Source of the DNA: Candidatus Gottesmanbacteria bacterium UBA6580
GTDB taxonomy: Bacteria; Patescibacteriota; Microgenomatia; UBA10105; UBA927
DNA length: 64,000 nucleotides
Reading direction: 5' to 3'
Assembly (NCBI GenBank): GCA_002433895.1
Contig: DJJA01000006.1
Coordinates: 40,630 to 104,629 of the forward strand
Positions within the stretch are counted from its first letter, which is position 1. Every line of letters begins with the position of its first letter. This document shows, one piece after another, positions 57,844 to 64,000 of this stretch. The position numbers and the translations under genes were made by a program. The notes beneath the pieces are model-generated. The model made no database searches. It saw only the letters and a list, made by a program, of their open reading frames with translations, and had not been told where the DNA came from.

Positions 57844-58803
57844 TCACTTGTACTGCGCCGCGTATTTTTCACCGAGTAATACAACAAGATCGGCACCAGT
57901 TCCCCGTCCGATATCACCCGCACCTTCTTCCTTTTTACAGTCAAAATAATTAGCAAGATACTCAGCAGTTTTGCTCCGCAATGCTTCACGCGATCCGTTT
58001 ATCTGACACTCCGGCACTAATGGCTCGGCGTTTCCGACAAACACCATCTGCACACCCATCCGTGATGCCTGGCGTGACGCCCGGAGCCCAACGGTTGGCA
58101 CCTGCGTCGTGTTGTAAATTGCGGCAGTAATCCCCTCCGCGCGCATCCCAGTATCAAACAGTGAATTTTGCAGCATATAATCCACTCTACTTTCGTCAAG
58201 CGTCGCGACCGAACTGCCGTCCGGAGATTCCACATGAATAATTGCCTGACGGATATCGATAGTCTCTACTCCATCCGCCGGGATAAACCGTAGCGCCCAT
58301 ACGAGATTTATCCATGTGGTAAACGGCATAGAGGTATCCATACTTCCCTGCAGCACCTTAAAAAGATTGCCAAATGAAAAAATACGCCGCACTAAATCAA
58401 CATTACCGTCACCATTACCTAGCTCGCCGGGCTGTACATACCATGTTATCGGTATACCAAACGCGTCACTGATACTAGACGTTATTAACTTCCCGTGGTG
58501 ATTATCTATATCATCAAGGGTGATAAGCGACCGGATAGGATAATCACCGTACCCTTGTGTCGCGGAAATGACCGTATCTTCCGGTACGTCGATAAGTATA
58601 ATGCTGTTTTTTGCGGCATTAATCGAGAGAATGTGTGTTGGACTTCCCGCGATAACCAGTGATTGCCTATAAGGAAAAGGGGCGACCAGCAGACGGAAAA
58701 AAATAAATATGCTTATTGCCAGGATAACTGCTATCCCAATACCCACAACTGTGGGTACCGCGCGGTGAGCACGCCTGGTATGTACGGCAGTATGACTTCT
58801 CAT
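57844..58803 (-). CDS. LytR/CpsA/Psr (LCP)-like cell-envelope protein with an N-terminal TM segment
   Basis: An N-terminal TM segment followed by a 'SINAAK...IDVPEDTVI' region reminiscent of LCP. The assignment is tentative. Confidence 0.45.
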   Translation of the reverse strand: MRSHTAVHTRRAHRAVPTVVGIGIAVILAISIFIFFRLLVAPFPYRQSLVIAGSPTHILSINAAKNSIILIDVPEDTVISATQGYGDYPIRSLITLDDIDNHHGKLITSSISDAFGIPITWYVQPGELGNGDGNVDLVRRIFSFGNLFKVLQGSMDTSMPFTTWINLVWALRFIPADGVETIDIRQAIIHVESPDGSSVATLDESRVDYMLQNSLFDTGMRAEGITAAIYNTTQVPTVGLRASRQASRMGVQMVFVGNAEPLVPECQINGSREALRSKTAEYLANYFDCKKEEGAGDIGRGTGADLVVLLGEKYAAQYK

Positions 58804-58822
58804 GGCAGGTACGAATACTCAC

Positions 58823-58969
58823 TTACCACTCTTTTTTCCCTTTTTTAATTATCTCCACTTGAGGAAGCTGCCATGACCCACCGGACAGCTGTTTTTGCGC
58901 CTTCTTTTCTAAATCCTTTTTCTTCGCTTTCTTTTTATCCCCCTTATAAAATCCGCCAAAATTACCCAT
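58823..58969 (-). CDS. Unannotated 48-aa Lys-rich small ORF (MGNFGGFYKGDKKKAKKKDLEKKAQKQLSGGSWQLPQVEIIKKGKKEW) with a strong SD
   Basis: 'aaaggaggtatatttatATG' on the minus strand. It falls below the ORF-track length cut-off. Confidence 0.35.
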   Translation of the reverse strand: MGNFGGFYKGDKKKAKKKDLEKKAQKQLSGGSWQLPQVEIIKKGKKEW

Positions 58970-58994
58970 ATAAATATACCTCCTTTACGTGTAT

Positions 58995-60179
58995 CTATTT
59001 ATTGTAAAGCCAAGCATGTTTCATTTCAAGAAATACACCGTTTTTGATCGCTTTCCGGATATCCAAAACGAGCGTGTTTATAAAATGTATGTTATGGATA
59101 GTGGCGAGACGATACGCCAAAAGTTCCCGCACCCGGAACAAGTGATGCAGATAACTCCGGGAAAAATGAACACAGGTGTAACACGTGCAGCCAGGCTCAA
59201 TCGGTTTCGTGTCTTTTTCCCATGTTTTTTTAGTGATATCGATCTCATGCGTCTTTCCTTTTGTGACGTATAACCTGCCCATCCGCGCCAATCTGGTTGG
59301 TTGCACGCAGTCAAACGTATCCATACCGTGTTCAATAAGCGTAAATATGTCATCAATCTCGCCCACCCCCAACAAATGCCGTGGCTTATCTGCTGGCAAA
59401 TACGGCGACACCCACGACAACACATCGCGCATTTCGGTTTTTGTTTCACCCACCGACACGCCGCCTATGGCGATACCATCGACATCCAACCCGCGGACAA
59501 ACATCGCTGATGCAACCCGCAAGTCCTCATATACACTGCCTTGTATGACCCCATACAGTGCCTGATACGGCTTGTTACGCTTTGTATATGCTTTCCCTAA
59601 CCGTTTATGTTCCAACACGCTACGGAGTGCCCACCGGTGGGTTCGTTCCATAGATTTTTGCGCCTGTGCATGCGTTGCCGGATACGACGTACAATCATCA
59701 AACGCGATATGAATATCGCTTCCCAATTCCCATTGCCATCGCATGGACGACTCAGCGGTAAACATATGTATACTGCCATCCCAGTGTGAACGGAATTCCA
59801 CACCATCTTCACTGATTTTGACGAGCGACGGCCGGTCTTCACCACGATCCTGCGGCGTATACTTCGGACGGGCTAATGAAAACACCTGAAATCCCCCACT
59901 GTCCGTAATAATCGGACCGGGCCAGCCCATAAACTTGTGCAGCCCGCCGAATTTATTCATCACCGAAAGACCCGGCCGCAGATACGCGTGATAGGTATTT
60001 ACAAAAAATAAACGGACACCTAAGGTATCCAATTCATCGGGGCTTAAGGACTTTACGCTCGCCTGGGTTCCTACGGGCACAAACGCGGGAGTTTCAATGG
60101 TGCCGTGCGGCGTCGTTATCACTCCTAACCGCGCAAGGGTTTTCTTGTCTTGTTTGCGTACAATGAAGCTAAATGCCAT
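58995..60179 (-). CDS. tgt: Queuine tRNA-ribosyltransferase
   Basis: 'LGVITTPHGTIETPAFVPVGTQASVK' and the zinc site 'CTCYTC...H'. Confidence 0.9.
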   Translation of the reverse strand: MAFSFIVRKQDKKTLARLGVITTPHGTIETPAFVPVGTQASVKSLSPDELDTLGVRLFFVNTYHAYLRPGLSVMNKFGGLHKFMGWPGPIITDSGGFQVFSLARPKYTPQDRGEDRPSLVKISEDGVEFRSHWDGSIHMFTAESSMRWQWELGSDIHIAFDDCTSYPATHAQAQKSMERTHRWALRSVLEHKRLGKAYTKRNKPYQALYGVIQGSVYEDLRVASAMFVRGLDVDGIAIGGVSVGETKTEMRDVLSWVSPYLPADKPRHLLGVGEIDDIFTLIEHGMDTFDCVQPTRLARMGRLYVTKGKTHEIDITKKTWEKDTKPIEPGCTCYTCVHFSRSYLHHLFRVRELLAYRLATIHNIHFINTLVLDIRKAIKNGVFLEMKHAWLYNK

Positions 60180-60200
60180 CCTTGGATTGTACCATACGGT

Positions 60201-61922
60201 TTATCCAATCCCGTGCTCTATCTTGAGCCTGCTCATTTTTCCCGCCATTTCCTCCGGAGGAACGCCAAAGTCATTTAGCAGTTTGTTGACAATCGTAAGC
60301 GCTGCTTCAAATTCGGGCTGGATCACCGTCTGCACACCAAGCGATTTCAGGTGCCGCTGGTCTTCTTCATGGTGCGTTCTACAAATAATTTTTATCCGGC
60401 GGTTTAACGATAATGCGTTTCCTATGACCATCTCCTGGGTATGTCTGTCAGGAATTGCGATAATAATTGATTTCGCAAGGTCTACCTGCGCGTAATCTAA
60501 CACATCTTTATCAGCAGGGTCTCCGTATATAGTCTGGATCCCTGAACCACGGAGGCCTGCGAGCGTATGCTGGTTGTAATCCACCACCAAAAACGGCACG
60601 TTGCTCATCTGCAACGCGCGGCCGATATACTTTCCCACCCTGCCATAACCGCAAATCACCACGTGATCCTGTATCGGATATCCTGTGTCCCGTGGCACTT
60701 CTTCCTCTTTATCCCGGAACGTTTTAGGGATTTTTTTAAGAAAATTATGCACAAAATAATATGCTTTATGCCCATTACTGATAAGCGGACTGGAAATAAG
60801 TATTGTGATAAATGTGACGGCAACAAGCAGTGATGACTGCGCTTCGGAAAGCGCACCGAGCGCTATCCCCATACCGGCGATGATAAAGCCGAACTCACTG
60901 ACCTGGGTGAGATAAATACCTACCAAAAACGCTGTCTTACGGTGATACCCCAAAAACCGAAGTAATGTATAAATACTCCCGCCTTTAACCAAAATTACCG
61001 CGATCGTCATGACAATGATCACCGGAAGCGACGATACCAGGGCAGAAACCGGCAGTGCCATACCCAACGACACAAAAAATACCACCGCAAACAAATCCCG
61101 TAATGGCCGTATCTCTGCAAACACCGCGTGATTCTGGCTTGTTTCCGCAACCAGCAGCCCCGCTATAAACGCCCCGAGGGATACTGAAAGTCCCACCGCG
61201 TACGTCAAGAGCCCGACCAAAAACACAATACCTATAGTCGTCAGGAGAAATAACTCCCGATTTTTAAACCCCGCAACTGCACCAAGGAGTTTCGGCACAC
61301 CCCGGCTGCCTAGGTACAGCACCACAAGGATCAACACGCTCGCTTTGAGCATAGCAAACGCGATCGTGCCTAACACAGAAATAACCGTTCCTTCACCGTT
61401 TGCAACGGAAGAAAGCGCGGAAAGCAATATAAGTATTGGAACCACCGCCAAATCCTGCACGACTAACCATCCGGTCGATAGCTCCCCGGGTACCGAATCC
61501 AATTCCCCGCGCTCAGACAACAGCTTTACCACAATGGCGGTAGAAGAAAGCGCTGCGGCACTCGCGAGGAACAGCGCCGGGATAAACGGCGTCTTGAGCG
61601 CGATTAGCGCCAGCATGACGATAAAAAGTGTCGTTACTATCTGCCCGATGGCAGGCCAAGCAACCACATGCAGAATCCGCTTGAGCCGATGGAACGAAAA
61701 TTCCACGCCGAGTGTAAACAAAAGCAGCGTCACACCCGCTTCCGCAATCATCGTAATAAGGCGGTGGTCAAACCCCTGCGGAAATACGTTACCCACCAAT
61801 ATGCCGCCTGCTATATACCCCACAATCGAGGGAAGCCGCAACCGAACCGCGATAGCACCTCCCCCAAGAGCCGCGGCAAGGAGTAACAGAAATGTGGTTA
61901 TGAGGGATAATGAATGCTCCAT
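60201..61922 (-). CDS. CPA2-family K+/H+ antiporter with a C-terminal TrkA-N (RCK) domain
   Basis: A 12-TM region followed by the Rossmann motif 'VVICGYGRVGKYIGRAL'. Confidence 0.8.
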   Translation of the reverse strand: MEHSLSLITTFLLLLAAALGGGAIAVRLRLPSIVGYIAGGILVGNVFPQGFDHRLITMIAEAGVTLLLFTLGVEFSFHRLKRILHVVAWPAIGQIVTTLFIVMLALIALKTPFIPALFLASAAALSSTAIVVKLLSERGELDSVPGELSTGWLVVQDLAVVPILILLSALSSVANGEGTVISVLGTIAFAMLKASVLILVVLYLGSRGVPKLLGAVAGFKNRELFLLTTIGIVFLVGLLTYAVGLSVSLGAFIAGLLVAETSQNHAVFAEIRPLRDLFAVVFFVSLGMALPVSALVSSLPVIIVMTIAVILVKGGSIYTLLRFLGYHRKTAFLVGIYLTQVSEFGFIIAGMGIALGALSEAQSSLLVAVTFITILISSPLISNGHKAYYFVHNFLKKIPKTFRDKEEEVPRDTGYPIQDHVVICGYGRVGKYIGRALQMSNVPFLVVDYNQHTLAGLRGSGIQTIYGDPADKDVLDYAQVDLAKSIIIAIPDRHTQEMVIGNALSLNRRIKIICRTHHEEDQRHLKSLGVQTVIQPEFEAALTIVNKLLNDFGVPPEEMAGKMSRLKIEHGIG

Positions 61923-61929
61923 TTTTGGA

Positions 61930-62679
61930 TCAGATGATACTGTTCATATCATCCGGCACCGGAGCTTCAATTGCAAGCCTGCCCGCCGCAGGCTGCGCCG
62001 GGGGCGTTGCCGCGAGGTTGTGTCCGGCAAAATCCGGATGAGCAAACTCCACCTTCCAGGCGTGCAGCATCACCCGTGGCGCCCAAACGCGGTCGTTCCT
62101 CGCGGTTTTACGGCCGGCATATTGCCAGTCGCCGACAATCGGATGATTGATGTATTTCACATGCACCCGTATCTGATGGGTACGTCCGGTCTCCGGATAT
62201 AATTCAACCAATGAAATGTCAGTTTTATGTGAATTTCCTGTACGTATCACCTTATACTTCGTCACCGCCTCTTTGCCACCCGGCACGATGCCGAACCGTT
62301 CACGGTTCCACGGTAATCTGCCGACCGGCGCCCTGATCTCCCCTTCTTCGGGAACTAATTTTCCATGAACGATAGCGAGATATGTTTTTTTCACTTCCCG
62401 TTCTTTGAATTGACGCTGCAACTCCACAAAAACAGGAATTGTTTTGGCGATCAATAAACATCCGGAAGTTTCTTTATCTATGCGGTGCACGATACCCGCC
62501 CGTTCATAAAACGCCTTCTCGTCTTCACTCGGGGTTTCGCTTTGTGTGGCATCTATCCTGGCAGCTGCCCAATCTTGCACGGTCTCACCCTTGACGGATT
62601 CGGCGTTGTTCACCACTACCCCAGGGGGTTTGTTGATTACTAGAAGAAAATTATCCTCGTAAAGAATGGGTATGTTCAC
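61930..62679 (-). CDS. RluA-family pseudouridine synthase
   Basis: 'HRIDKETSGCLLIAKT' catalytic-Asp motif. Confidence 0.85.
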   Translation of the reverse strand: MNIPILYEDNFLLVINKPPGVVVNNAESVKGETVQDWAAARIDATQSETPSEDEKAFYERAGIVHRIDKETSGCLLIAKTIPVFVELQRQFKEREVKKTYLAIVHGKLVPEEGEIRAPVGRLPWNRERFGIVPGGKEAVTKYKVIRTGNSHKTDISLVELYPETGRTHQIRVHVKYINHPIVGDWQYAGRKTARNDRVWAPRVMLHAWKVEFAHPDFAGHNLAATPPAQPAAGRLAIEAPVPDDMNSII

Positions 62680-63050
62680 TTTTTCCCTGCACTCGCCTTC
62701 TTCATCTCACACTGCAGACACATGGTTGCAGTCGGATGGATTGCCAACCTGTCTGTGTCTATCATGGAGCCGCACTCGGTACAGAAACCGTAGGTGCCGT
62801 CGTCGATTTTCCGCAAGGCAAGCGCGACATCTTCTGCTTGTTTTTTGAGTTCATCAACGAGCGCCGATACCCGGTCATGATTACTTTCTTCACTGGCTTC
62901 AGCATCGCTCGCGGCGTTGTCTACAGTTCTGCCCGGATCACTAAACGGATCCTGACCAGAAAGTTCCTCTATACGGGTAGCTAACCGTGTTTGCTCATCG
63001 AGAAGATGCGCCTTGATTTCACTGAGTGTTTCTGCGGGAAACTGATTCAT
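62676..63050 (-). CDS. DksA/TraR-family C4 zinc-finger protein
   Basis: 'CTECGSMIDTDRLAIHPTATMCLQCE' and an N-terminal coiled coil. Confidence 0.8.
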   Translation of the reverse strand: MNQFPAETLSEIKAHLLDEQTRLATRIEELSGQDPFSDPGRTVDNAASDAEASEESNHDRVSALVDELKKQAEDVALALRKIDDGTYGFCTECGSMIDTDRLAIHPTATMCLQCEMKKASAGKK

Positions 63051-63861
63051 GTAATTTCTTTCCTTTCTCTGTAAAAAAATTTATGGTCTTTTGTACAATA
63101 GGGCGCAAACGTTCCCGTCCACCACCCCGCACATATAATACACCAACGCATTCAGCAAAAATGCCAATCAAAATCCATTGATTGGCGCTTAATGTCTTCC
63201 AGTATACACGAGCATCTTTCACAAATTCAAGCAGGAACCCGCTCACTGCGTACAACAGGATAAACCAAACACCTACTATCCCGTACGGCCATTTCCGCTT
63301 GAGCGACACGCTGTTTAACTTCATCATAATAAGGGAAATCAGAATAAGCGAAATCATTTCATACAACTGAACCGGATGCCGCACCGTAGTATCACTCCCT
63401 ATCCGCAGCCCCCAAGGCAGTGTGGTAATTGTGCCGACTTCCGATCCAGTAAGCAGTGAACCGGCAAGCACAAGAATAATCGGCAGTGGCAATGCGGTAA
63501 CTAATGTATCCAACACTAATCCAAGCCGGACTTTGTATTGACGGCTCAGCACCGTGAGCACCGCAAGTCCTCCCACGAGCCCCGTAAGCCATGACAATCC
63601 CGGAGAAACCCACAAGGCCGCAATGAGGAGCCAGGACTTACCCGCAAAAAGCTCCCAATGCATAAACACAAACCCTATACGAGCCGTAATAAATGCGGCG
63701 AGGGTACTATAAAATGTCAGATCAAAAATCCGGTCCTCCTCCACCGCGAAGTGCCGGAGTCCACGCCAAAATAGGAATGAAAAAATAAGCCACGCCACCA
63801 CAATAATGGTGTTTAGAACAATAATTCCTCCATGATCTATCGGAATAATGGTCGGTATCAT
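63019..63861 (-). CDS. lgt: Prolipoprotein diacylglyceryl transferase
   Basis: 'RHPVQLYEMI' Lgt signature and a polytopic membrane domain. Confidence 0.85.
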   Translation of the reverse strand: MIPTIIPIDHGGIIVLNTIIVVAWLIFSFLFWRGLRHFAVEEDRIFDLTFYSTLAAFITARIGFVFMHWELFAGKSWLLIAALWVSPGLSWLTGLVGGLAVLTVLSRQYKVRLGLVLDTLVTALPLPIILVLAGSLLTGSEVGTITTLPWGLRIGSDTTVRHPVQLYEMISLILISLIMMKLNSVSLKRKWPYGIVGVWFILLYAVSGFLLEFVKDARVYWKTLSANQWILIGIFAECVGVLYVRGGGRERLRPIVQKTINFFTEKGKKLHESVSRRNTQ

Positions 63862-64000
63862 GCGTTTCCTTTATGTATCCCCGAAACATCGGTGTGCCGG
63901 ACAACCTGCCGGTATAACCCATATAATGTTACCACGAGACCTAACAAAAAAATAACATTGCCCACGCCGATAAGGTCAGCCAATACACCGCTTACGACAA

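Overview
This window appears to be a contiguous chromosomal segment of a small-genome bacterium. GC is about 50%, genes are tightly packed and often overlapping, and Shine-Dalgarno sites are GGAGG-type. The gene content (sortase with LPXTG adhesin, a large type IV pilus locus, shortened ThrRS and PheT, no rimM between rpsP and trmD) is compatible with a Patescibacteria/CPR-like organism; that placement is inference only. In order, the window contains: (1) a 5'-truncated giant LPXTG-anchored adhesin (vWA, Cna-B-like repeats, DUF11), a partner surface protein and a sortase, followed by a small SAM methyltransferase and an ABC-2 exporter; (2) the conserved thrS-infC-rpmI-rplT-(small ORF)-pheS-pheT block; (3) a class A PBP, a second small ORF, tyrS, recG-rpmF-nusB-rnc-rpsP-KH-trmD; (4) a roughly 15-kb minus-strand type IV pilus locus (pilO/N/M, six pilin-like genes, pilD, pilC, pilT, pilB) interrupted by two large GT-C-like membrane proteins (YfhO-like and DUF2723/TMEM260-like with TPR); (5) holB-like, gyrB-ppa-gyrA; (6) a cluster of small Cys-rich ORFs; (7) two SIMPL/DUF541 paralogs flanking folD; (8) a stand-alone C39-like peptidase, a Ddl-like ATP-grasp, a hypothetical and a Xer-family recombinase in one tight operon, a LigT-like protein, and a 1.2-kb repeat-rich non-coding region; (9) yebC, an LCP-like protein, tgt, a CPA2 K+/H+ antiporter, rluA, dksA/traR and lgt. 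I found no rRNA, tRNA, CRISPR array or obvious transposase by eye. The candidates I would look at first are the glycosyltransferase pair inside the pilus locus, the repeat-rich region next to the recombinase, the paralogous small ORFs with a conserved leader, and the peptidase/ATP-grasp/recombinase neighbourhood.
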